A stretch of 64,000 bases of DNA, taken from Candidatus Hadarchaeota archaeon. Lineage in GTDB: Archaea; Hadarchaeota; Hadarchaeia; Hadarchaeales; JAGGTB01. The stretch lies in the NCBI GenBank assembly GCA_964384105.1, contig CAYLJV010000002.1, positions 648 through 64,647 on the forward strand, written 5' to 3'. Position numbers and translations under genes: made by a program. Positions 18,475-28,375 of the stretch are shown one piece after another (the stretch's first letter is position 1; every line of letters begins with the position of its first letter). The notes under the pieces were generated by a model. It was given only the letters and a program-made list of their open reading frames with translations. It did not search any database and was not told where the DNA came from.

Positions 18475-19098
18475 AAGCGTAATGCCCCAAGAAAGCGATT
18501 TGGTCTCTCCAATCCTATTCCACCTCTACAGAAGAAAACTCTGAGGATCCCCTGTACCCCAAAGGAAAAAGCCCTGAGCAAAATCCCAAAAAGACTAAGA
18601 GGAAAGGGAATGAAAACCATCGAGACACTCGTCAAACGAGGCATACTCTTGGAGCACAAAAAAGGAAAATGCGCTTCCCTGAACACAGGAAGAAAAGAAG
18701 AGATCATAGAAATCATGAAAAACTACTATCCCGATTACTATTTCTAAAGAACTTTTCAGACCAAAATTCCACACTAATGAGAGGGAATTGGTATCGGAAT
18801 CTCAAATATAAAGAATCTTTTATAGAAGCTCGAGAAGTAAAAAGGTCAAAATAACCCTCTTTGCGAAATCGAAAAAATCAGTTGACGAAGTAATCGACCT
18901 AAGAGATACATCTGACGAAATTTAATCGAGAACTTTCTCTCAAATAGTCTACCAAATTTTCTCTTAAAATTTGAAAAAGGAAGTTGTTTTTTACTTTTCT
19001 AAAAAAGACCTTCGCGAAATAATTAATTGATGAGGGATATTTTCGGAATTTCAACTAAAAGTCTCGCTAGAAAGAAAACGGACCGGGGAGACTAATAT

Positions 19099-19383
19099 AT
19101 GTATGAACATACACAGATACACATAGATAGGATGGGTTCAAAGAACATAAGTCTGAAAAAATCCGCTTACGAACGTCTAGCCTCTCTGAAAAAAGAAGAC
19201 GAAAGCTTCAGCGACGTCGTAGAAAGACTCACTAGAGACCAAGCGCCAAAGTACTCGGACCTAGCGGGAACACTCTCAAAAGACACGATCGAAGCCATTG
19301 AAAATACCAGGAAAGAGAGAAAAAAGCTGGATAAAGCCGGATTTAAAATAATAGCGAGAAAATTCGAGGAAGAGAAAAGATGA
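19099..19383 (+). CDS. Putative antitoxin (VapB-like, RHH-type family with an ESFSDVV motif)
   Basis: 'ISLKKSAYERLASLKKEDESFSDVVERL'. 4-nt overlap with the downstream PIN gene. Confidence 0.5.
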   Translation: MYEHTQIHIDRMGSKNISLKKSAYERLASLKKEDESFSDVVERLTRDQAPKYSDLAGTLSKDTIEAIENTRKERKKLDKAGFKIIARKFEEEKR

Positions 19384-19775
19384 TAGCGGATACGGGATAC
19401 CTCATAGACGTTCTGAAGGAGGAAGAAAGGGCGATCGAAAAGAGCTCCGAACTCGCGGAAGAGACCCGCACCCAAAACCTCTGTACACCTGTAATATACG
19501 AGATAATGACAGGAATAGAGTACACAAGGTCAAAAAAAGAGCGTGTAAAATTTGAGTCCATGGTGGGAAGATTCACGGTTCTCCCCTACGATGAGAAATC
19601 GGCCTGTCTATCGGGCGAGATACATGCTGAGCTGCTCAGAGAGGGTCAAAAGCGCGGAACCGTCGATATCCAGATCGCGAGCATAGCCCTTTCCAACGAC
19701 GAAACAATCCTGACGAACGACTCTGATTACGAGATAATCTCGGAGATATTTGGTCTAAAAACAGAAGGGTACTGA
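19380..19775 (+). CDS. PIN-domain ribonuclease (VapC-like toxin)
   Basis: N-terminal 'IADTGYLIDVL' with acidic residues spaced as in PIN domains, and a C-terminal 'TNDSD' motif. Confidence 0.6.
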   Translation: MIADTGYLIDVLKEEERAIEKSSELAEETRTQNLCTPVIYEIMTGIEYTRSKKERVKFESMVGRFTVLPYDEKSACLSGEIHAELLREGQKRGTVDIQIASIALSNDETILTNDSDYEIISEIFGLKTEGY

Positions 19776-19875
19776 ACGCCTCCACACACGAATTATCCGG
19801 CCGGAAGTTGTTTACCACTAAAATTCCAATTAATGAATTGAAGACGGTGATACACTGGATTTCAAAAAGGGAAAA

Positions 19876-20448
19876 TTGAAAATCAACAGAGAGCTCTCCA
19901 AACTAGATAAAATGGCTCTAGACTTTATTCAAAATCTGAAAAAGATGAACGTTAAGTACGTGATAGTAAGCGGATATGTAGCAATTCTCACAGGCAGATC
20001 TAGAAGCACGGAGGACATCGACGTGATCATCGAAAAATTGAGTAGAAACAAAACCGAAGGGCTCGTAGAAAACCTCCAAAATGCCGGATACTGGTGCATA
20101 AACGCCGAGACTTCAGGAGTCTACGAGATGCTAAATGAAGGACTCACCCCCAGGTTTGCAGAAAAGGGAAAAGCCATCCCCAATTTCGAGTTGAGTTTTC
20201 CTAGAGACGAGATCGAAAAGACCGCCCTAAGGAAAAGTCTCAAAGCGGAGATTGGTACAAGCATCATCAAAGTAAGTCCTTTGGAACTTCAAATCGCCTA
20301 CAAGCTATATCTAGGATCAGAAAAAGACTGGGAGGACGCTCTACACCTCTACAGTCTCTTTGAAGATAGGCTTGACAGAGAGGAGCTGGAGTATTATTCG
20401 AGGGAATTAAGGGTTAGAGGTGATTTAGATAAACTTAGAAAAGCTTGA
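19876..20448 (+). CDS. Nucleotidyltransferase-fold protein (minimal NTase / AbiEii-like)
   Basis: 'SGYVAILTGRSRSTEDIDVII' fits the hG[GS]x(9-13)DhD NTase motif. Confidence 0.4.
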   Translation: MKINRELSKLDKMALDFIQNLKKMNVKYVIVSGYVAILTGRSRSTEDIDVIIEKLSRNKTEGLVENLQNAGYWCINAETSGVYEMLNEGLTPRFAEKGKAIPNFELSFPRDEIEKTALRKSLKAEIGTSIIKVSPLELQIAYKLYLGSEKDWEDALHLYSLFEDRLDREELEYYSRELRVRGDLDKLRKA

Positions 20449-20758
20449 GGAAAAGCGAAAAAAGAACAAAAAGCAGAGAATAGAATTCATAAAATTCTGG
20501 GCGGACTACATCAAGAAACACAACGACGAGACGTGGTCGAAACAACAAAACATTCTAATCGACTCCCAGATCCCAGATAAAAAAGACAGCGAAAGCAGTC
20601 GATAGAGAAATTGTTAAAAACATCGAAGGATTGTCAAAGAACCCACGAGCGCAAAATCCGATATGGAAAGCTCCAAAACGCATTTGGGTGGGATAATATG
20701 TTACCTATGATCGGGAAAGTCTTTTCTTCTATTAAAGATCCTTCGATGGAATAATTAA

Positions 20759-21136
20759 TTGATGAAACCCAGCGAAGATCCACTACCTGATTCACCCGAA
20801 AAGAAATCCAAGAAGGAATCTTTATTAGTAGATAGTAGAAAGTGGAAAGTAGAGGGAGAACCGATGCGCTCAGTAAAAATAAAGGAACCCCAAGCGGACA
20901 TGGTCAAGGACCTAAAGAGATATCTCAAGGAGAAGGAAGACCTCAGCACGACCGAGGCCGAGATACTGAGCCGATCAGTCGACATAGCCGTGAGAAAACA
21001 CTACGATGAACTGGTCGAGGAACTCAAGTCCTCCGAAAAAAAGGAGAAGAAAGGAGTAATAGACTACATTCTCGAAAATCCCAAAGCGGGAGAGAAAACT
21101 GACGCGGCAGAGGACCACAGCGTGGTGGAACCTTGA
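20759..21136 (+). CDS. Hypothetical protein, possible antitoxin partner of the downstream PIN protein
   Basis: ATGA overlap with 21133..21534. Charged and helical composition. The true start may be the internal Met (MRSVKI). Confidence 0.3.
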   Translation: MMKPSEDPLPDSPEKKSKKESLLVDSRKWKVEGEPMRSVKIKEPQADMVKDLKRYLKEKEDLSTTEAEILSRSVDIAVRKHYDELVEELKSSEKKEKKGVIDYILENPKAGEKTDAAEDHSVVEP

Positions 21137-21534
21137 TCTTCGTGGACTCATCCGTCTGGGACGCCAGCTTGAATGAGAGAGACGAAAATCACGACTTGAG
21201 CAGGACCATCCTCAAGGAAGTGAAGAACGGCGAGTACGGAAAGATCATAGTTACCGACTACGTCATCGACGAAGTCCTGACATGGATCAACAGGAAAGTG
21301 GACCACGATACAGCCGTTGAAATCTCAGAGGAGTTCTTCGAAGACCCGACAATAGAAACAGTCAAGGTAAACTGGGCGGTAATCCACAGAGCGAGGGAGC
21401 TCTTTTCCGAAAGGGACTACCTTTCCTTCACCGATGCGACAACGGCCGTAGTCATGAACACCAGAGACATCCAAAGAATCGCGACTTTCGACTCCGACTT
21501 CAGTAAAGTCGGCTTCGAAGTAATCAGCGGGTAA
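21133..21534 (+). CDS. PIN-domain protein (VapC-like)
   Basis: 'MIFVDSSVW..', 'VTDYVIDEV', 'FTDATTAVVM', 'IATFDSDF' acidic quartet. Confidence 0.6.
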   Translation: MIFVDSSVWDASLNERDENHDLSRTILKEVKNGEYGKIIVTDYVIDEVLTWINRKVDHDTAVEISEEFFEDPTIETVKVNWAVIHRARELFSERDYLSFTDATTAVVMNTRDIQRIATFDSDFSKVGFEVISG

Positions 21535-21674
21535 TGCTGGAAACACAAACTAAATTCTCTCAAAATTTGAAAACACGATTTATTTCGATGTTAAAACATA
21601 ATGGACGATGACTTATTTAGTGGGAAAATCAAAATTAATACCCAAAATTCTAAATATGTGGGATTTTAGACAAT

Positions 21675-21935
21675 ATGTGGGACAAAATGCCGGTGGTTTC
21701 CGTCGACGACAGAGGAAGGATCACCCTCCCGAAAGAAACGAAAATTCGGGGAGGAAAGGCCGTGATAATTTCGGCAGGTTCATTTTTCAACATCATTCCC
21801 ATCCCCGAGGACCCGGAAAAATACGCGGAGGGATGGTTGGATTCCAAGAAAAGCAGAAAAGAACTGAAAGAGCTCGCAGAGAAAAAGGCTAAGGAGGACG
21901 CAAAGAGCAGATCGAAACGGAGAGATCAGCTTTGA
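21675..21935 (+). CDS. AbrB/SpoVT/MazE-type antitoxin (VapB-like)
   Basis: 'MPVVSVDDRGRITLPKETKI' swapped-hairpin motif. 4-nt overlap with the downstream PIN gene. Confidence 0.6.
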   Translation: MWDKMPVVSVDDRGRITLPKETKIRGGKAVIISAGSFFNIIPIPEDPEKYAEGWLDSKKSRKELKELAEKKAKEDAKSRSKRRDQL

Positions 21936-22351
21936 TGATAGAAACGGACGTTCTCTACGCTTATGTTAAGAAAAAGGACTGGCTGAAACCGACCGCAGTA
22001 AAACTGATTAGAGGTACGGCAAATGGTGAGTACGGAGAAGTTCTGGCTTCGAGAGAGTGTCTCCACGAGTTATATTACGTTTCAATGGAGGAAGGAGTCG
22101 ACCTAGATGAAGTTATTTCCAGGTTCGGAGCTTTAACTGCAATTGACAACCTTTCCTTTCCCGAAACGACTCCAGAACTCGACTTGGTCGCACTGACGCT
22201 AATGAAACAGTACAACTTTTCTTCGATTTTCGATGCACACCATGCAGCGGCGGCACTGGAACAGGACGAGGAGAGAACAATTATCTCTACGGACGACGTC
22301 TACGACAGAGTTCCCGGCCTGAAAAGAAAAGATCCTAGAGACTTGGTTTAA
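21932..22351 (+). CDS. PIN-domain protein (VapC-like)
   Basis: 'MMIETDVLYAYV...' with 'DAHHAAAAL' and a C-terminal 'STDD' motif. Confidence 0.5.
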   Translation: MMIETDVLYAYVKKKDWLKPTAVKLIRGTANGEYGEVLASRECLHELYYVSMEEGVDLDEVISRFGALTAIDNLSFPETTPELDLVALTLMKQYNFSSIFDAHHAAAALEQDEERTIISTDDVYDRVPGLKRKDPRDLV

Positions 22352-22880
22352 AAAATTCGTCAACGGCTATTTTCAAATCGGACTTCATCCTGTCCGTAAT
22401 TTCCGGGAATCTCTTCGGGACCAACCCTCCAAAAACGAGTTTTTCAGCTTCTGAAACTTCCTCAAACCCCAAAATATCGATTACGAAAAGTATACCAAAA
22501 AATAGGTTCTTTGACGGATAGTGAGACTTGAAATGTTGATGGGCCGAAAAATCATCTGTGAAGAAAGGAAGATCAAGCTCAAAAGAAAGGTGTAAAACCT
22601 GAACATCACAATCAGTTATCCCTCCCGATCCCAGACCGAGAGTTCTCTTCTCCTCTTCAAGAGCATTATCAGAAAGGGGGTCTTTTTCAACTGTAACCCT
22701 CTCGAGGGCCTCCGTGGCCCTTTTTCCTAAATAATCACCATGTTTTGAAAAATCCAATAATTCCTTTTTTACACACTCAGAAACTACTATTTCCCAATCT
22801 TTGAGTTCTTCTCCGCTCAAATCGAGAGCCGAAAAGAGAGTTAACACGGCTGAGGTATCTAAGACCGCTCTTCTCTCCAT
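22335..22880 (-). CDS. PIN-like domain protein with a C-terminal extension
   Basis: 'AVLDTSAVL' N-terminal motif and 'TDCDVQVL', 'FFTDD' motifs. Confidence 0.4.
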   Translation of the reverse strand: MERRAVLDTSAVLTLFSALDLSGEELKDWEIVVSECVKKELLDFSKHGDYLGKRATEALERVTVEKDPLSDNALEEEKRTLGLGSGGITDCDVQVLHLSFELDLPFFTDDFSAHQHFKSHYPSKNLFFGILFVIDILGFEEVSEAEKLVFGGLVPKRFPEITDRMKSDLKIAVDEFFKPSL

Positions 22881-23170
22881 GCCTTGTACTTCCTCGTAGT
22901 GGTCACTATATTCGATATCTGATGAGCCCTTTCGGGACCCAAAGTTTTCACAAGTTCCCCATAATCAATCAGGCCTAGAGAGTAAAATCTGGAGAGAATC
23001 CTTTCCTCGATGTAATAGCCCGGATTGTCTTCTATATTTTCTAGAACAAAGTTTACATCATCCAACAGCATGTTAACAAAGGTGCTTCTAGGAACACCTA
23101 TCCGATCCAGCACCTCATCTATCTTCTCAACCTTATCCTCATCCAAAGACATCTGTACCTTTTTCTTCAT
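22859..23170 (-). CDS. Ribbon-helix-helix (CopG-like) protein, probable antitoxin partner of 22335..22880
   Basis: 'KVQMSLDEDKVEKIDEVLDRIGVPRSTFVNMLL' RHH pattern. Overlaps the downstream gene. Confidence 0.4.
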   Translation of the reverse strand: MKKKVQMSLDEDKVEKIDEVLDRIGVPRSTFVNMLLDDVNFVLENIEDNPGYYIEERILSRFYSLGLIDYGELVKTLGPERAHQISNIVTTTRKYKAWREERS

Positions 23171-23269
23171 TTCAATCGATGTTGATTTTCACGATTATAA
23201 TATATAAGATTAACTTATAATTTCAACATTCTAATCATGACATCGGGAGAGGACCCCTTAAAAAAACAT

Positions 23270-24199
23270 TCACTCCAGAACCTCGATATCGTCGGTCTTC
23301 CCGTCACCGTCCCGGTCCAGACCCTTAATCACACGATAGAACTCGTCATCGACCTCGTAGTCCTTCAGAATCTCCTCATGTTCCTGAGTTATTCCCAAAA
23401 TGCACGTCTTCGTCCCCTTAAAATCCAGCCCCGAGAACAGTATCCTCGCGAGACCGTCCTTGTGAACCTTCGCTATCAGTCCCAGGTTCTCACCAGAGTA
23501 CCTGCTGCCAGTCCTTTTCGAGACTATCTCCCAGGTCTTCTGCTCCCAGTCGAAACGGACGTCCAAGTCCTCGTTCAGGTCCCTTGAGATCATATTGGTA
23601 ATTGGACCGCCGATCATCATCAGGTGGCGATCGGTGGCTCCCTCGGCCTTGACCTCGGTATCCAGCTTAACAACGAACCTCTTCTCAAGGTCGCAGAAGC
23701 TACCCAGAAATATACCCAGCTGGACAGCGTAGTGGCCGTCCCTAGCCGATGTCATGAAAGGCCCGTGCTCCTTGGGGGAACCGACGACGATTGACCCCTG
23801 AAAGACGCCTTCTCCGACAAACTCAGAGAAAAAGTCCAGGACTTTGCCGGAGAGCCCGGCCTTGTTCATCCTGACCTTCTTCCATTCATCATTCAGGGAA
23901 AACCCGAAGGCCTCGGAAGTGGGCCTGTAGAACTTGCAGAGGGCCCCGCCAACCTTCTCACGTTTATAAACCTCTATCAAACCCGCCTCCTCCAGCTTCC
24001 TGACGTGGTAGTAGACCTTCTGCTCGTGAATCCCGAGCTCGTCTGCTATCATCTTGGGATAGCCCCTCTCCACTGAGATCTTCTTCAGAACTCTGATAGT
24101 CTGCTCGTTCAGGTTCTTGAGGCTCTCCTCGTCAAGGAGCTCGATATCCTTAACGTAGTGGTCGCCATCCTCGGTTCTGAGCAGTTTATCCGTCATCAT
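23270..24199 (-). CDS. Transcriptional regulator with an N-terminal winged HTH and a ~200-aa C-terminal domain of unknown function, divergent from glmS
   Basis: 'YPKMIADELGIHEQKVYYHVRKLEEAGLIEVYKRE'. Confidence 0.5.
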   Translation of the reverse strand: MMTDKLLRTEDGDHYVKDIELLDEESLKNLNEQTIRVLKKISVERGYPKMIADELGIHEQKVYYHVRKLEEAGLIEVYKREKVGGALCKFYRPTSEAFGFSLNDEWKKVRMNKAGLSGKVLDFFSEFVGEGVFQGSIVVGSPKEHGPFMTSARDGHYAVQLGIFLGSFCDLEKRFVVKLDTEVKAEGATDRHLMMIGGPITNMISRDLNEDLDVRFDWEQKTWEIVSKRTGSRYSGENLGLIAKVHKDGLARILFSGLDFKGTKTCILGITQEHEEILKDYEVDDEFYRVIKGLDRDGDGKTDDIEVLE

Positions 24200-24264
24200 A
24201 TACCTCTTTATAAAAAAGCCATTATAAAATTTTTTGTAATAGTAAAAGTAATTGTTTAATATTT

Positions 24265-24272
24265 TTTATAAG
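24265..24272 (+). promoter_or_regulatory. Putative TATA box (TTTATAAG) about 35-40 nt upstream of the glmS ATG
   Basis: The only AT-rich TATA-like element in the divergent intergenic region. The nearest SD-like AGGAG is too far (22 nt) from the ATG, consistent with a short leader. Confidence 0.25.
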
Positions 24273-24305
24273 TATCTTAGGAGAAAATACCAAGCGTGAG
24301 AGACA

Positions 24306-26036
24306 ATGTGCGGCATAACTGGTTACTATGGACACCGCGACGTGGGAAAGTACGTTCTGGACGCCCTGAAGAGGCTCGAGTACAGGGGGTACGACTCGGC
24401 CGGAATAGCAACTCTCTCCAATCCGGGTATCAAAATAGCGAAGGACACCGGAAACATAGACGAGATCCGGGGCAAGCTGGACCTTTCAGAGATGAAGGGA
24501 AGAGCAGCCCTGGGCCACGTAAGGTGGGCCACGCACGGAGGCGTCACGAAGGAGAACGCACATCCACACTGCTCCTGCGACGGAAGGTTCGCAGTGGTTC
24601 ACAACGGGATAATAGAAAACTGGGAGGAAATCAAAAACCGTCTAAACGGCCACGAATTCGCCTCAGAAACCGACTCCGAGGTCATAGCCCACTACATCGA
24701 AGAGAACTCCAAAGACATGACCGTCGAGGAGGTCATTCAGAAGTTCCTCAAGGAGGCAGAGGGGAGCTTCGCCGTGGTCCTGCTCGACTCGAAGGACGAG
24801 AGAATGTACGCCTTCAAGAGGGGATCCCCCTTGGCACTGGGTATCGGGGAGAACGAAACCCATCTAGGTTCAGACATCTACTCATTCTCACCTTACACGA
24901 ACGAGGCCATATTCTTCGAGGACGACGAGTACGCGATAATCGACGAGAACGGCTTCGCCTTCAGGAACTACACAGGTGAAACGATAGAGAAGGTGCCCGA
25001 GAGATTCGAGTGGAACCAGGAGGAGTCCGAAAAGGGCGAACACGAGCACCACATGAGAAATGAGATCGGGGAGATACCCCAGTCTCTGAAAAGGCTCCAG
25101 ACCTCATTTGACACATCCCAGAAAACGGCCCTCGAGGACCTCGTCAAAGCTCTGAAGGAACACAAAAGAGTCATATTCACGGCCTCCGGAACCAGCTATC
25201 ACGCCTCGCTTCTGGGTGTTTTCTTCCTGAACCGTGTCGGGATAGACGCTCAGACCCTCATAGCCTCAGAATTCCAGAACTACGAGAGGGTGGACGAAGA
25301 GACGCTCGTGATCGCGATATCACAGTCTGGGGAGACCAAAGACGTTATAGACGCCATAGAGTTCTCCAGAAACAGGGGAGCCGACGTCGCCTCGATAGTG
25401 AACGTCCCCTACTCCACGATAGAGAGGATATCCGATATCAATCTCAGGATAGAGGCGGGTCAAGAGGTCTGCGTGGCCGCGACCAAGACGTTCACGAACC
25501 AGCTCTACACACTCCTGAATGTCGCCCAAGAGCTCGGATACGACGCCCACCTCGACGACCTGCCGGAACTCATCGAGGAAGTAATAGAGAAAAACGAACC
25601 CAAAATCCGCGAACTAGCCAAGGAACTCAAGGACGAGAGGGACATCTACATTATCGGCAGAGGGCTGACCTACCCCGTGGCCAGAGAGATAGCCCTGAAG
25701 CTCAAAGAGATCCCCTACGTTCATGCGGAGGGAATGATGGGAGGGGAACTGAAACATGGGACCCTGGCCCTGATAGAGGAGGGGACACCGGTAATCTCTC
25801 TGATTCCCGAGAAAGACTCCGAGATTAAGTCGAACGTGAAAGAGGTTGAGGCCCGAGGTGGCAGGATTATCAAGATCTCGCCATGGGAAGGTGACTTAGA
25901 GATTCCCTCGAAGAACTCAAACTTCGCCTTTTTCGCTTCCATAATAGGATTCCTGCTCTCATATTGGATTGCTTACGAGAAAGGGCTTCCAGTGGACCAG
26001 CCACGGAACCTCAGCAAGTGTGTGACGGTTCGATAA
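24306..26036 (+). CDS. glmS: Glutamine--fructose-6-phosphate aminotransferase (isomerizing)
   Basis: N-terminal 'MCGITGY' class II amidotransferase nucleophile and two SIS domains ('SQSGETKD'). Confidence 0.9.
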   Translation: MCGITGYYGHRDVGKYVLDALKRLEYRGYDSAGIATLSNPGIKIAKDTGNIDEIRGKLDLSEMKGRAALGHVRWATHGGVTKENAHPHCSCDGRFAVVHNGIIENWEEIKNRLNGHEFASETDSEVIAHYIEENSKDMTVEEVIQKFLKEAEGSFAVVLLDSKDERMYAFKRGSPLALGIGENETHLGSDIYSFSPYTNEAIFFEDDEYAIIDENGFAFRNYTGETIEKVPERFEWNQEESEKGEHEHHMRNEIGEIPQSLKRLQTSFDTSQKTALEDLVKALKEHKRVIFTASGTSYHASLLGVFFLNRVGIDAQTLIASEFQNYERVDEETLVIAISQSGETKDVIDAIEFSRNRGADVASIVNVPYSTIERISDINLRIEAGQEVCVAATKTFTNQLYTLLNVAQELGYDAHLDDLPELIEEVIEKNEPKIRELAKELKDERDIYIIGRGLTYPVAREIALKLKEIPYVHAEGMMGGELKHGTLALIEEGTPVISLIPEKDSEIKSNVKEVEARGGRIIKISPWEGDLEIPSKNSNFAFFASIIGFLLSYWIAYEKGLPVDQPRNLSKCVTVR

Positions 26037-26114
26037 ATAATATTTTTTATCGAAATAAAGTCTTCAGTGTTTTATATAATTACTAATGAAGGATCTAAGC
26101 ACTACTGAAAAAAA

Positions 26115-26333
26115 TCAGACTTTTGTCTTTTTCCTTTTATTCTTCAAAATTGGCTCCAAAATGGAGAGGGCGGTCTCGCTAGCATCCAATATCTCTATCT
26201 CAACAGGTTTTCCGTCCTTTGAATAGTGGTTGATTATTGGTCCTGACTGTTCCCCGTATTCCGGTTTTTCATCAGATATCGTAATGGTGAGTATGTCTGT
26301 CTCCGGATCATAATCATATCTCATACCGTTCAC
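26115..26333 (-). CDS. DUF2283-family protein
   Basis: 'YDYDPETDILTITISDEKP...DGKPVEIEILDAS'. Confidence 0.6.
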   Translation of the reverse strand: MNGMRYDYDPETDILTITISDEKPEYGEQSGPIINHYSKDGKPVEIEILDASETALSILEPILKNKRKKTKV

Positions 26334-26550
26334 TCCTCGCTTTATATACTGTGATTATAACGTTTTTATCTTTCTCTTTTTGGAAGATAATTCTCAAAAT
26401 ATGACCATTAAGTCTTTTTTGAGCTATCTCCCTTCCCAAATCCCCCGGCACAACACTATCCGGGTCTTCAAAACCCTTATGGACAAGATTTCTAGAAATA
26501 TCGTACTGCATCATTCTTTCTCTCGCATGTTTTGTAATCTTTAAATTCAT
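26314..26550 (-). CDS. DUF4258-family protein
   Basis: 'ITKHARERMMQYDISRNLV....ILRIIFQKEKDKNVIITVY'. Overlaps its DUF2283 partner. Confidence 0.55.
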   Translation of the reverse strand: MNLKITKHARERMMQYDISRNLVHKGFEDPDSVVPGDLGREIAQKRLNGHILRIIFQKEKDKNVIITVYKARSERYEI

Positions 26551-26644
26551 TAAACTCCCCCAAAACCTTCTTGCCTCTAAATTACAGTTAGAAGGTTTTT
26601 AAATCAATAAATAATCGAATTTCATAAAAAGTATCTTCATTAAT

Positions 26645-27811
26645 TTATTTCTTGAATTTGAGGTTACTGAAAAGGAACATCAACGAGAGGACCAGTCCAC
26701 CTAAACCGACGAAAAAGGCAACCATAAAGACCCGGCCAACTCCCAACCAACCGGCAAATGGAGCGAAGGCTATAGGAGACAGAAACTGACCGAGGAACCC
26801 GAACGTCGAAAGGTACGAACTGAACCTCCCTAGGAATGATGGAGAGACAACGTCTCCAATCCAGAGCATGACCGTAGGAAGGGCCAAACCCTGTCCTATA
26901 CCAAAAAGAACCACCGATAAACCGTAAGTCCAGATAGACGATCCGAAGAAGGCGACACCGAAACCGATGCTCCAAAACAAGAAAGATATTGGAACGATCT
27001 TACGGTAGTGCAATCTCTCCTTCACCCAATCGTACCGAGAGGCTACTATTCCTGCCGAAACACCCATTGCGGTCAAGAAAAGACCAACGCGGAAAGTGCT
27101 GGTGACACCCACGCCCTCCAGAACCTCCGGGAGATAGACTACGTTCGCGTAAAGAAGCAGATTCGTCAGGAGCATAAACCCATAAATTCCGAACAAAACG
27201 GTCTTCTCCCTGAAAACTGTAAATATCGACCCCTCATCCTCCCCGATAACCCGTTCGACATCCGGCATCAAAACGAGAGCCAAGAGACCGAGCGGCAAGG
27301 CCATTAGGTAAACACCAAAGGGCAGATGCCAAGAGATCGTTCCAAGAGCACCACCCACTAGGGGCCACACTGCAGCGCCGAGGCTGTTAGCGCTACCCCT
27401 GAGACCCATGGCCCTATTCTTCTCCCTACCTTCGTAAAAGTTCAGGATCATTACAGTGATAGAAGTAAACATAAGCGCAACCGCTACGCCGAGAAAAGCC
27501 CTGCTGACGAGAAGAAGCAAGTAGGAATTGACAAACAGACCAGCGCCACCGGCGACACCATAGAGAAAAAGACCGAAAACGTAGGGACGCTTCGATCCAA
27601 TCCTATCGATCAAACTACCGGCGAGAGGGCTAAGAAGAAAGACGAAGACACCGTGCATAGTGATGATCAGACCCGCGGAAGACGGATCCACACCCAACCC
27701 AATCCCTATGTCTCTGACCACAGGCCCTATGATCGCTCCAGCCATCACAGTCAATGTCGATGAAGCAAGAATGATCCAGAGGGCGTTCTTTTTAGAAATC
27801 GCGGGACTCAT
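26645..27811 (-). CDS. MFS transporter
   Basis: About 12 TM segments with the D-R-x-G-R-K/R-like loop 'SLIDRIGSKRP'. 4-nt overlap with the upstream MarR gene. Confidence 0.75.
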   Translation of the reverse strand: MSPAISKKNALWIILASSTLTVMAGAIIGPVVRDIGIGLGVDPSSAGLIITMHGVFVFLLSPLAGSLIDRIGSKRPYVFGLFLYGVAGGAGLFVNSYLLLLVSRAFLGVAVALMFTSITVMILNFYEGREKNRAMGLRGSANSLGAAVWPLVGGALGTISWHLPFGVYLMALPLGLLALVLMPDVERVIGEDEGSIFTVFREKTVLFGIYGFMLLTNLLLYANVVYLPEVLEGVGVTSTFRVGLFLTAMGVSAGIVASRYDWVKERLHYRKIVPISFLFWSIGFGVAFFGSSIWTYGLSVVLFGIGQGLALPTVMLWIGDVVSPSFLGRFSSYLSTFGFLGQFLSPIAFAPFAGWLGVGRVFMVAFFVGLGGLVLSLMFLFSNLKFKK

Positions 27812-28257
27812 TTCTCGCTCATCTCCTTGAGGACTCTACATATTCTCTTTAAATTAAGAAGGAGATTTTCGATGTCGCCTCTAAGGAGTTTTTCCTTAAT
27901 CTCGTCGTCCACCGACTCGAGAACCTCGCGGAACTCGGACCTTCTCTCTCTCGCTTTAGCTGTAAGGTATACGACCTTCCTCCTACGATCATCCTCATCC
28001 TCCTCTCTCCGAACATAACCCTTCTTCTCTAGCCCCTCAAGCCTTCGAGCCATGGTCGCCTTGTCCAAGTTGAACATGTCACCAAGCTCCTTCTGCTGTC
28101 GGCCATCCCTTTTGTAAAGAGCCAACAGGAGGTGAAGTTCCTCAGAATCAATCTCGTGATCCCTCAATCTATCGTCCAACACCGAAAAGAAAGACCTGTA
28201 GGCGACTGAAAGATACCTACCCAGTGGTTCCGATTCTTTTTCCTTCATTTTCATCAT
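27808..28257 (-). CDS. MarR-family transcriptional regulator
   Basis: 'LHLLLALYKRDGRQQKELGDMFNLDKATMARRLEGLEKKGYVRRE'. Confidence 0.7.
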   Translation of the reverse strand: MMKMKEKESEPLGRYLSVAYRSFFSVLDDRLRDHEIDSEELHLLLALYKRDGRQQKELGDMFNLDKATMARRLEGLEKKGYVRREEDEDDRRRKVVYLTAKARERRSEFREVLESVDDEIKEKLLRGDIENLLLNLKRICRVLKEMSEK

Positions 28258-28375
28258 ATAGTTGAAATTGAAAACGTTTCATATGAAACTATTTTCCGGA
28301 ACTTAAAAAGATTTCTTCTGCTGAAATGAATCCACAGAGAATTTTTATAAGCTGTAATAAGCTACTTATTAAAAA

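Noticed and set aside
18669-18854. 61-aa basic ORF (MRFPEHRKKRRDHR...)
   Set aside because: Arg/Lys-rich low-complexity translation in a region better explained by the readthrough/45-aa frame or as non-coding.
20449-20612. 54 sense codons in the -1 frame continuing past the stop of the NTase gene 19876..20448
   Set aside because: No start codon and no recognisable domain. It is probably chance, or a decayed remnant, in a Lys-rich AT-rich region. It could only matter if a programmed frameshift were demonstrated.
24296-24979. 227-aa Arg-rich ORF overlapping the 5' part of glmS in another frame
   Set aside because: The glmS frame has unmistakable conserved motifs. The overlapping frame is a low-complexity Arg/Gly-rich by-product of GC-rich coding sequence.
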